From the NCBI GenBank assembly GCA_963741475.1, contig CAVUHZ010000012.1, positions 62,019 through 126,018 of the forward strand: a DNA stretch of 64,000 nucleotides. Reading direction: 5' to 3'. The notes beneath the pieces were generated by a model. That model saw only the letters and a program-made list of their open reading frames with translations. It was not told the DNA's origin and searched no databases. Shown one piece after another: positions 1 to 8,590 of the stretch (the stretch's first letter is position 1; the number at the start of each line of letters is the position of its first letter). This DNA comes from an uncultured Methanobacteriaceae archaeon (lineage in GTDB: Archaea > Methanobacteriota > Methanobacteria > Methanobacteriales > Methanobacteriaceae). The position numbers were made by a program, and so were the translations under genes.

Positions 1-136
1 AGAATGTTCAATATCTAACTTTAAAAATAAAATTTACAATGAATCTTAATTGCTAAAATAAACCAAATACAATTTTAATTTTATTATATATACGTCGTCA
101 AACTGCGCTATGACGTAGTTATTTGCTGGTTCTGAT

Positions 137-223
137 AATGCACCATTCTATGCACCAAAAATTAGCTTAATGCACCAAACTGAATGCACCATTCTATGCA
201 CCAAAAATTAGTTTTATGCACCA
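137..223. repeat. Iteron-like cluster: six same-orientation copies of ATGCACCA, including two perfect 29-bp direct repeats
   Basis: AATGCACCATTCTATGCACCAAAAATTAG occurs at 137-165 and again at 183-211. ATGCACCA cores start at 138, 150, 170, 184, 196 and 216. The cluster lies immediately 3' of the stop of the minus-strand gene 231-1700. Confidence 0.9.
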
Positions 224-230
224 TTAGATT

Positions 231-1700
231 TTAAGTAGCTTTATATTTAGTATAACGGCCTTTACCGATTTTTTGAACTTGCTCAAGTTCAACTAGTTTA
301 TTGAGATGTCTTGAGGCAGTGTTCCTAGCAACTTGAAACATATCTTGATAAATTTGATTTGTAAAAACTTTATTTTCATTTACCATCATCCTTAAAGCTT
401 CAATTTGCCTATCATTGAGACCCAATTCTTTTAAATCGGTCATTCTTTCATCAGGAATATCTGATACCAAATCAAGTATTTTATCTCCAGGTCCATAAAA
501 TTTAACTACAAAATAATCTCCTTCTTCGGAAAATTCAGGCTCTTTTAAGCCATGTTCCACCATTAATCTTTTCATTTTTCTTATGCCAGTACCAAAACGT
601 TCCATATCTTTTGTTTCATGGAATATGTTACATATAAGGTTGTTTCTGGCTACATGCTTCCCTTCAAGATTATTTATTTTAAGACCAGGTAATAGTCCTC
701 CAGGGTTCACGATTTCAACTCGATTATCGAAAATTGAAAACATTATATGTGCACCTCTTTGGTTGTAATCCCTGTGGGCAATTGCATTTGTTAATGCTTC
801 TCTTATAGCATCAAAAGGATATTCTGGTATATCAACCCTCTTAAAATCAACTATTTTATTAGCTAAACGGGTGTTGCGTTTAAAAAAAACTTCAACATCA
901 TTTATCATTTTATAGATAGGTCCACTAATTTCTTTATTATCAATAGTTTCAGCTCGGGTATTACCATTGTAACGTGCTATTTTTATAACACTTTGAGGTA
1001 AATAATCATTAGGTTCATTAGTAAAAAATAATAGAGCTGTGTTTGTCGGTTTAAATTCATCATTGACACTTTTTACTACCTTTAAAACGTTAACTAAAAT
1101 ATCTTTTAATGGAATTGATGGGATATCTACTTGAAGCTTAAATGCTCTTTTTTGAAGAAATTCTTTTATTTCTTCTTCATCTAAAGTTGTATAGTCGAAA
1201 TCCATTCGGACTTTTTCATCAAACGGAGTAGTGTTTCCTGGACCTTTTTCTTCAAAGAATAAGAGGAGACTCTCATTTATATATTCTTTTAAATCGGTTA
1301 AATCATCAAAACGTTTGTAAGTTACTGATGTTCTAATAAAATCAATTAATTTTTGAATTTTTTCTTCTCTAATTTCATCTCTACTACCTTTAACAAAAAT
1401 GAAGATGCTCCCATGGGGATCATTATTAATAAATGTTCTAACCTCCCTTTCAGTAGGAGATAATCCTTTTTCATCAGTATTTCCATATTCGTTACCTAGA
1501 ATTCCTATGAAAATATCACTACTTTTGACTTCATTTATATAAGTCATATCTGGTCGTTGGCTCGAAGCAGGCACTTCTTCAAATAGAAAAATGTTGAAAA
1601 ATCTTTTAAAAACAGAATTATCATTAATAACTTCTTTAACTGCAAATCTTTCATCAGATAGCTCTGATTGATTTCCACTTACAAAAATCTTAAAGGTCAT
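231..1700 (-). CDS. DUF4062-like N-terminal domain fused to a HATPase_c_4 / wHTH 'RecG-like putative transcriptional regulator' body
   Basis: 489-aa ORF. The N-terminus (KIFVSGNQSELSDER...SDIFIGILGNEYG...IFIFVK) resembles DUF4062. The motif block YPFDAIREALTNAIAHRDY...VNPGGL...ARNNLI...FGTGIRK is the HATPase_c_4 hallmark. The C-terminal wHTH is NTASRHLNKLVELEQV. I could not see the usual N-terminal AlbA_2/Schlafen hallmark. Confidence 0.6.
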   Translation of the reverse strand: MTFKIFVSGNQSELSDERFAVKEVINDNSVFKRFFNIFLFEEVPASSQRPDMTYINEVKSSDIFIGILGNEYGNTDEKGLSPTEREVRTFINNDPHGSIFIFVKGSRDEIREEKIQKLIDFIRTSVTYKRFDDLTDLKEYINESLLLFFEEKGPGNTTPFDEKVRMDFDYTTLDEEEIKEFLQKRAFKLQVDIPSIPLKDILVNVLKVVKSVNDEFKPTNTALLFFTNEPNDYLPQSVIKIARYNGNTRAETIDNKEISGPIYKMINDVEVFFKRNTRLANKIVDFKRVDIPEYPFDAIREALTNAIAHRDYNQRGAHIMFSIFDNRVEIVNPGGLLPGLKINNLEGKHVARNNLICNIFHETKDMERFGTGIRKMKRLMVEHGLKEPEFSEEGDYFVVKFYGPGDKILDLVSDIPDERMTDLKELGLNDRQIEALRMMVNENKVFTNQIYQDMFQVARNTASRHLNKLVELEQVQKIGKGRYTKYKAT

Positions 1701-1863
1701 ATCTTTAATTCTTGAAGTTATTACTTAAGGATTTTTTCATAATCACTCAAAAAACTTTAATATTTAATGATTCGTATTTTTCAAAATTCTATCGCCAATA
1801 ACATAAATATTTAAAATTTAATCTAATAATCCGTTTCAAACCCTTAATGTGTTTAATGAAGAT

Positions 1864-1897
1864 TTAAAGATTTACTATTTTTAAAGATTTACTATTT
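1864..1897. repeat. Perfect tandem duplication of a 17-bp unit (TTAAAGATTTACTATTT x2)
   Basis: The copies are at 1864-1880 and 1881-1897, about 165-200 nt upstream of the start of gene 231-1700. Confidence 0.9.
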
Positions 1898-2166
1898 AGA
1901 GAGAAATTTAAGTAAAATTTTCTTGATTATAATGGCCATCACTCCTCCGACTGCTATAAATCCCATGCTTAGAAAAATACCATAAATTAAAACAGTGGAT
2001 GAAGCAATTAAGCCTTCTAAGTTCCAAAGGGGAGTATTTATTAAGCTAATTATTATGGCTCATTACTTCGTCATTGGGTCAAAAAGATAAATTTTTTATT
2101 TTCTTCTCTGATGCTCTACCATTACACGCACCAATTTATAGTGACTATTTTATTTTAGGTGATTTT

Positions 2167-2544
2167 ATGAGTGATGTAAAGGCAAAACTTGATCCTGAAA
2201 TTCTTGCAGAGAGGCCTATTGAGAAACTTGATAATCTGGAATTGGTTATAACTCCTAAAAAAGAGTTTTTAAAATGGTTTAAAAGAACAAAAGGAATAAT
2301 AGAGGATATTGATATAAAAGAGCAGAATAATGGGTTTGATTTGATGGAATGTCCCAACTGTAAATCTAAAATGGATAATTATGAGTTAAACAGAGACTCT
2401 GAGGAGTTATGGCATTTATGTACAAAGTGTAATCTATCATTCTCCCAGAAACAACATAGATATTTTACTACTATGATAATGAGACTTATTAGCAGGAAAT
2501 TTAATCCTTCTGAATCGGATAGGTCCGAGGAGCGAGAAGTATGA
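2167..2544 (+). CDS. Hypothetical protein with a CxxC...CxxC zinc-ribbon
   Basis: The ORF runs 2074-2544. The internal ATG at 2167 is preceded by AGGTGA, so I prefer it as the start. Contains CPNCKSK...CTKCN. No family recognised. Confidence 0.4.
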   Translation: MSDVKAKLDPEILAERPIEKLDNLELVITPKKEFLKWFKRTKGIIEDIDIKEQNNGFDLMECPNCKSKMDNYELNRDSEELWHLCTKCNLSFSQKQHRYFTTMIMRLISRKFNPSESDRSEEREV

Positions 2545-2827
2545 AAAATATCATTCACACTTTGGATTCAAAATTATAGCTTTTTGAGGATTAGCAACAA
2601 TTTCCTTATTTTTTTGTCTTACCTTCAATGACTTGTTTCCTTAGATTAGCGTCAGTGATCTCAATTATCTCTAAGTAGGAATTTGGAGTACAAAAAAACA
2701 GTTAATTGAGAATCAGCTTCAAAAATAGCAATTATTTATGTAGCAATGCCATTCATTAATTTCTATACTTATAATTCTTTAATTTCCTTATCAAAGAATT
2801 AATAAAAAAAATAAATTAATGTATTTA

Positions 2828-3121
2828 TTATTTCCTTTGTTCCATTTCACTGCCCTTCAAACAATAGGTATTCCGTTCTACTCCCACATCAAGTGATTGA
2901 GCTAATGGACACACAGGACACTCACAGCCCTTGAAGTCTGTAATGCAGTCCTTATTTTTCCCGGTAACACAGAAAAGTTTTTGATTGGTGTCTGCAGCAC
3001 ATTGAGTGTATGTTGCACAGGTTGGACATATACAAGAACCTTTATATTCTTCAATAGCTTTATTCTGGTCACTTTCAGACATTTCACTTACATCATGTAT
3101 TAATTGCTCAAATTTATCCAT
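2828..3121 (-). CDS. Cysteine-rich DUF2769-like protein
   Basis: 97 aa with the pattern CICPTCATYTQCA...LFCVTGK...GCECPVCPL...YCLKGSE, typical of DUF2769. An oligo-T run on the coding strand (2804-2811) follows the stop. Confidence 0.7.
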   Translation of the reverse strand: MDKFEQLIHDVSEMSESDQNKAIEEYKGSCICPTCATYTQCAADTNQKLFCVTGKNKDCITDFKGCECPVCPLAQSLDVGVERNTYCLKGSEMEQRK

Positions 3122-3489
3122 AAGTTACCAACTCCCTTTTCTTACTAGTTATATATTGAACTCCGAATCTTATTAATTTTTAGAAAGGGGGCATTTTAAA
3201 AGGGAATTATATTTTGGTTTACCCTTCTATTCTTTAGATAATTGTAAACAAAAATATCACATTTAGGTGGAAAACCCCCAATTTAGATGTAATAGGGAAT
3301 GGAAGATAAATAGAAGTTATGTATATACCTCCTTCAGAAAATTAATCCTATTTTAGGACATAAACCCTTATTTTCAAATAATTATGTCATTTATTTATCT
3401 CAAATAATCTATTGTTAAGGATATTCAAAAAAAATAATATGGGATAAATAAAGAATAATTATGATTTAATAAGAACTAAACGTGATAAA

Positions 3490-3825
3490 ATGAAATATGA
3501 AGACATTTTAATCGAACTAAATATTTTAATCAATAGAATAGATTGTTTGATCGATATTATGTTTGTATCTACGAAGGAGGTTATTGATCTTGGAAATTTA
3601 AATTATGAGTTAAATAATGTTATTGATAAATTAGACGGGATAATAGACAGCATGGAAGATTCAAAAGAAAAAACCATGCTAGAATCTGCTAAATTTAATG
3701 TAACATTTGCTCTATTGGATATTATAGACAATGTGAATATTTTCGATAAAATAAATAGATTAGGACTTGCTAAAAACACCATAATAGATGTTAAAGCTAA
3801 ATTATATAGCGATAAATCAAATTAA
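3490..3825 (+). CDS. Hypothetical helical protein
   Basis: 111-aa ORF, D/I/N-rich, no recognisable family. Converges on and overlaps the next gene by 4 nt. Confidence 0.35.
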   Translation: MKYEDILIELNILINRIDCLIDIMFVSTKEVIDLGNLNYELNNVIDKLDGIIDSMEDSKEKTMLESAKFNVTFALLDIIDNVNIFDKINRLGLAKNTIIDVKAKLYSDKSN

Positions 3826-4049
3826 TCATGGTTTACTTCAACACTAACCACTACCCAAGGATCTGCCTCAGTATCAATAGTTGCCCAGATGGTTTTATCA
3901 GATTCTTTATTCAATAACGCATTAGTATCGATTTCAAGGTCTTCTGCTAATTTTACAGTGTATGTCTTACCCCTTTGTGATCTAACAATCAAATCATCTT
4001 CGAAACCAATTCCTATAACTTTTTGTTGTAACTCTGTTTTTTTCACCAT
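3822..4049 (-). CDS. Hypothetical small protein
   Basis: 75-aa ORF with no recognisable family. Confidence 0.35.
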   Translation of the reverse strand: MVKKTELQQKVIGIGFEDDLIVRSQRGKTYTVKLAEDLEIDTNALLNKESDKTIWATIDTEADPWVVVSVEVNHD

Positions 4050-4528
4050 TTTTTCACCATTTTAAATAAAAATTATATTGTAACATTTAATTGCATATTA
4101 TCTATGGTTCCATTTCTAGTAAATAATTATTGAACATTATTATCGTTTCTTTTTATCCTCAAAACCCTTGTAAATAATAAATATTAGATCAAAGATTTAT
4201 CTTGAAATAACATAAAATAATCGGAGAAAAAATGTTAGTTCGTAACAAAGTATATTATTCTAGAAAAAAACAACGTAGATTACTTGAAAAAGAATTAAAA
4301 GGAGGTTTAGACTGGAACCTTTAAAAAACATTGGTAAGATAAATAATATTTACATGGTTATCAGAGGACAAATCATTGAAATAGTTTAATTTTACGATAA
4401 ATATATGGTTTTTTAGACCAAACAAGAATTTTAAGTTTTTATATTCCTTTTTTCAATTTCCATAAATTATTTTTTTACATTGACAGGATATTTTATAATA
4501 TTGTGAATTAATTGAATATTCATTTTTC

Positions 4529-4542
4529 CTACCGATCGGTAG
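4529..4542. promoter_or_regulatory. Perfect 14-bp palindrome CTACCGATCGGTAG, candidate TetR operator
   Basis: A G+C-rich perfect palindrome in an AT-rich intergenic region, about 65 nt upstream of the TetR gene. A degenerate copy, CTAACGGTCGGATG (10/14 matches), lies at 4581-4594 just before the start codon. Confidence 0.5.
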
Positions 4543-4606
4543 CTTTATATATGTTTATGATAATAATTTAATTTAACAACCTAACGGTCGGATGTATATT
4601 TAAGCT

Positions 4607-5269
4607 GTGATCAAAATGACAGAAAATAAAGAAAAAATAAACTTGAAAGGAAAAAGGAAGACAAAAGAAAGAATATTTGACATTGCAATTAACCTCTTTG
4701 CCCAAAATGGGTTCGATGCAACATCAATGCGCGAGATAGCGGAGGGAGTAGGCATTAAAAAGGCTTCCCTGTATAGTCACTATAAAAGCAAGGATGAGAT
4801 ACTTGTAGAAATTTTAAAATATCCAATTGGAAGGATGTTAACCATTGGACAACAAGATATTGGAACCGAAGAACTAATAGTTTCGATGGGCCTGGAAAAG
4901 TTCATGGCAATGGCCGGAGATTTGGCATTAAGTTGGATGGAAGATACCTACATGGAGAAGATATGGAGAATCATTTGCATAGAGCTGTATCACAATGATC
5001 AAATAAAAAAATTCTATTCAGAGTTTAAGGTCATGTCATGTTCTTACTGGGTATCGGCATTTGATATTATGATGAAACATGATCTCATAAAATCCTCTAA
5101 TCCAAGGATATTAGCCATGGAATACCTATCATTTTTCGGGAATTCGTACATGGACTATTTCCTAAACAATTATGACAATAAATCAGGTTCCTACTTAAAG
5201 GAGTACAAAAATCTTACCAATAAACATATCAATTTCATTGTAAATTCAATAAAACCTGAAGGTGATTAA
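4607..5269 (+). CDS. TetR/AcrR family transcriptional regulator
   Basis: The N-terminal HTH signature is KERIFDIAINLFAQNGFDATSMREIAEGVGIKKASLYSHYKSKDEIL. GTG start at 4607, with an alternative ATG at 4616. Confidence 0.85.
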   Translation: MIKMTENKEKINLKGKRKTKERIFDIAINLFAQNGFDATSMREIAEGVGIKKASLYSHYKSKDEILVEILKYPIGRMLTIGQQDIGTEELIVSMGLEKFMAMAGDLALSWMEDTYMEKIWRIICIELYHNDQIKKFYSEFKVMSCSYWVSAFDIMMKHDLIKSSNPRILAMEYLSFFGNSYMDYFLNNYDNKSGSYLKEYKNLTNKHINFIVNSIKPEGD

Positions 5270-5270
5270 A

Positions 5271-6041
5271 ATGAAAGTATTGGCGATTATGGGAAGTCCT
5301 AGAAAGAAGGGAAACACATACGAGCTCACCAGAAAGGTTGAAGAGAATATGAAACAACTTGGTGCTGTGGAATTTGAATATGTATTTTTAAAAGATTTAA
5401 ATCTTGAATCATGCCTTGGATGTGGAATTTGCTTTGATAAAGGGGAAAAATTGTGCCCTTTAAAAGACGAACGACCTATTCTTGAAGAAAAAATGCAAAC
5501 CGCCGATGGAGTAATATTCACATCTCCAAATTATGTATTTAATGTTTCGGGCCTTATGAAGAATTTCATTGATAGGTTTGCATACGTTTGTCATCGACCC
5601 CGATTTTTTAAAAATGCAATGGCATTAACTACATCCGGTGTAGGAGGATCGAGATTAGCGCTATTTTCTCTCTCAACGGCACCTAGTACATGGGGATTCA
5701 GAGTTGTTCAGAGTTTAGGAGTTGTTAAGAATGGAGATCCTAATTCCGACTTAACTACACCTATGGAAAAAGTAGATAAAATGGTAAAAAATGCAGCTAA
5801 AAATTTTTATGATGCTATGAAGACTGGAAGGCCAAATCCAAGTATTTTCAGCATGGCTTCATTCCTATTTGCCAAAAAATCCATGGAAAAGCTCACTCCT
5901 GAATTTTTTGATTATCATTATTGGAAAGATCATGGCTGGCTTGAAAAGAATGCGGATTATTATTATGATCCCGAAACTAATTTCGTTAAAAAGGCTCTAG
6001 CAAGATTATTATCAAACTTTATGGGATTAATTGACATGTAA
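5271..6041 (+). CDS. Flavodoxin-like / NADPH-dependent FMN reductase family protein with a Cys cluster (iron-sulfur flavoprotein-like)
   Basis: MKVLAIMGSPRKKGNT is the flavodoxin-fold N-terminus. The cysteine motif is CLGCGICFDKGEKLC. ATG at 5271 follows an AGGTGA RBS and comes 2 nt after the TetR stop. Confidence 0.65.
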   Translation: MKVLAIMGSPRKKGNTYELTRKVEENMKQLGAVEFEYVFLKDLNLESCLGCGICFDKGEKLCPLKDERPILEEKMQTADGVIFTSPNYVFNVSGLMKNFIDRFAYVCHRPRFFKNAMALTTSGVGGSRLALFSLSTAPSTWGFRVVQSLGVVKNGDPNSDLTTPMEKVDKMVKNAAKNFYDAMKTGRPNPSIFSMASFLFAKKSMEKLTPEFFDYHYWKDHGWLEKNADYYYDPETNFVKKALARLLSNFMGLIDM

Positions 6042-6082
6042 TATAGATTCAAAGCTAAACAATGGGCGTTAGAAATAAATAT

Positions 6083-6814
6083 TCACTTCCATTTTGTGAG
6101 TATCTTATCCCTGCTGAAAGTGGCCTTACTTAAGTAGAATAAAACTAAATCAACAACGAAGAGGAATATGGTGACTACAAACAGATTGACAATGTTTAAA
6201 GATATTATATTAGATAAAAGCATTATATACACGCCCATAAATGGTATAAATAGAATTAATCCGAGCTGATTTGCAGTTCTCACATCATTGACTCTTGAAG
6301 ATATAATAACATTCAATTGAATACTTAAAATAGATGAAAGTGGAACCGCCAACAATAAAATAAACGCCATACTTAAATTCGGGAAAAAAAGATAACCAAG
6401 GGTATTATACGTTATTGCATCTGAAAGTACCATAAAAATTATAGAACCAACATATATTACACCAATGGAAGGTAGGAATGAAGCTATAGTTTTTCCTAAC
6501 AAAAGTTCACCATCAGTTGTTGGTGTTGCCAAAAGTGGTTCTAAACTTTGTTCAATTTTCTCGCCTAAAATACTGTACGAGGCAAGAGTAATTGATTGGA
6601 TATAAGCTAGGATAATATAAAAAAAGGAAAATGCATTCAGTAACAATATGATCTCTGCTGTAGGATTATCAAGCCCAGTAAGAGATCTGATTACTAGGGG
6701 TAAACCAATTGAGAGGAAGAGCGGAAGGATTATCAACGTATATAGTATACGTTTTTTCTTACGGAATACGCTGAAGTCCTTATTTGCGATAACCCATGAT
6801 TTCCAAAGTTTCAT
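6083..6814 (-). CDS. ABC-2 type transporter permease
   Basis: 243 aa, polytopic and hydrophobic. Overlaps the upstream ATPase gene by 4 nt. Confidence 0.6.
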   Translation of the reverse strand: MKLWKSWVIANKDFSVFRKKKRILYTLIILPLFLSIGLPLVIRSLTGLDNPTAEIILLLNAFSFFYIILAYIQSITLASYSILGEKIEQSLEPLLATPTTDGELLLGKTIASFLPSIGVIYVGSIIFMVLSDAITYNTLGYLFFPNLSMAFILLLAVPLSSILSIQLNVIISSRVNDVRTANQLGLILFIPFMGVYIMLLSNIISLNIVNLFVVTIFLFVVDLVLFYLSKATFSRDKILTKWK

Positions 6815-7731
6815 CTCTGGCCCCTCACAATTTTCAAGTAGGCCTCTTCTAAGGTTGGGCTGAGACTGGTAACATATTGAATTCGCCCACCAACACCAAC
6901 TATTGTGTCTATAATTATTGGATTAATTTTTTCAGGATTCACAACATCAATAATTAGCTTATTATCATCAGTTGTGATATTACTTAGCGATAATTTATTT
7001 AATGCTTTCAGAATCTTATCATTTATTTGTTCTAATTGAATTACAGTCTTATTACCCCAAACCGATCTCTCTAGTTCTTCAGGAGAGCCTATTGCCATTA
7101 ATTTTGTGTTAAATATTCCAATCTTGTCGCAGATTCTCTGAGCTTCATCAAGGTTATGTGTATTTAAAAATATAGTTCTCTTTTCCTTCTTCAAATCAAG
7201 TATGAAATCTCTTACTATTTTTGAGGATTCGGGGTCTAGATTTGCTGTTGGTTCATCCAAGAATAATATTTCAGGGTCATGAATAAGTGCTCGTGCTATG
7301 GCAAGTTTTTGTTTCATTCCTTTAGAAAATGTTCCAACCATAACTTCTCTTTTATCCCAAAGTCCTAACAATTTTAGAAAATGCTCAATATTTTGCTTCC
7401 TTTGAGTTTCCGAACATTCATAAAGTTTTCCATAAAAATCCAGGTTCTTATAAGCAGTTAAATCATCATAAAGACCAACATTTTCAGGAAGCAATCCGAT
7501 AATCTTTCTTATCTTCAAAGAATCTGCTTTATCGTTAACATCATAACCTGCTATCCTAGCTTCTCCACTGGTCTTTGATATGAGACAGCTAAGCATTCTC
7601 ATTGTAGTGGTCTTTCCAGCACCATTCGGTCCCAAAAAACCGAAAATCTCTCCTTCTTCAACGTGTAGGGTGAGTTCATCAACTGCAGTTAACTCACCAA
7701 ACTTCTTTGTAAGATTCTCTGCATCGATCAA
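6811..7731 (-). CDS. ABC transporter ATP-binding protein (ABC-2/DrrA-like)
   Basis: Walker A is GPNGAGKTT, the signature-like motif is FSKGMKQK, and Walker B is ILFLDEPT. A TTG start is the only in-frame start after the upstream stop. Confidence 0.9.
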   Translation of the reverse strand: MIDAENLTKKFGELTAVDELTLHVEEGEIFGFLGPNGAGKTTTMRMLSCLISKTSGEARIAGYDVNDKADSLKIRKIIGLLPENVGLYDDLTAYKNLDFYGKLYECSETQRKQNIEHFLKLLGLWDKREVMVGTFSKGMKQKLAIARALIHDPEILFLDEPTANLDPESSKIVRDFILDLKKEKRTIFLNTHNLDEAQRICDKIGIFNTKLMAIGSPEELERSVWGNKTVIQLEQINDKILKALNKLSLSNITTDDNKLIIDVVNPEKINPIIIDTIVGVGGRIQYVTSLSPTLEEAYLKIVRGQR

Positions 7732-7756
7732 ATCGCATCAACACTAACAGATCTCT

Positions 7757-7993
7757 TTAAACATTTTTCTCCCCTTTAGGAGTGAGCCTTATGTCTTGAC
7801 CATCGAAAGTTTCGGGTCCATCATATTCTATATACCCTCTCCATTTCAGATCTCGAATATATGATTCTAACTCATCATATTCCATATTTAATTCTTCTTC
7901 TAAATCTTGGGTAGATACTACAGGATTATCAGTATTTTCCTTCTTTGCTTTATACAACATTTTTAAAATTTTCTTTTTTTTGATTTCATCCAT
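7757..7993 (-). CDS. Small hypothetical protein, first gene of the ABC-2 operon (possible wHTH)
   Basis: 78-aa ORF, 25 nt upstream of the ATPase gene on the same strand. No firm family. Confidence 0.35.
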   Translation of the reverse strand: MDEIKKKKILKMLYKAKKENTDNPVVSTQDLEEELNMEYDELESYIRDLKWRGYIEYDGPETFDGQDIRLTPKGEKNV

Positions 7994-8590
7994 ACATATT
8001 TCCCCCGTTCTAAAATTATGTTAATTACACTAGTATTAATTATATTTATCAAGTTTATTTTGTGTCTAAACTTGAATTACGATATGATTTGGACTTATAA
8101 TGTAATCATCAATTATGATGCTTTCTAAATAACATCTGTAATTGGCGTTCTTTCAAAAATTTATGATTATTTATATTTACTAATTAATATATCTGAAACA
8201 GTTTTATGCTTAATTACGCTTCAAACCCATATCATCACTTTCCACTTTAAATCACCAAGACTATCTAAAATGCTTTTTTTTATTTGATAATATTTTGGAT
8301 ATTCATGGTCATTACTACTTTAATCTTAATACCACATGTTCTTATGGAATTAATTATTTTATAAGAGATAGTGGGTCTAAGTATTGCTTGATAATTTGAG
8401 TAGGAATCGGGTTTAATTGACTTGAAATCTGAAAAGGATCGATGAAAATATGGTGAATCAGCAATCTATTCGAAATTTAAATTAAAATAATTGAAAATGA
8501 AGTAATCTGTATAATATTTAAAAATTAGAAGAATTTCAAATAAATATAAAAAAATTTGAATCTTATTTTAGAACATACTAAAGATATCAA

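Noticed and set aside
137-223. Whether the repeat cluster is a CRISPR array or minisatellite.
   Set aside because: The units are 8-29 bp with irregular short gaps of 4-12 bp, there are no spacer-sized unique segments, and no cas genes are present.
1911-2075. A roughly 56-codon minus-strand ORF encoding a hydrophobic peptide (...LIASSTVLIYGIFLSMGFIAVGGVMAIIIKK...).
   Set aside because: There is no ATG/GTG/TTG start before the last 25 codons and no RBS. It may be a relic, but it cannot be supported as a gene.
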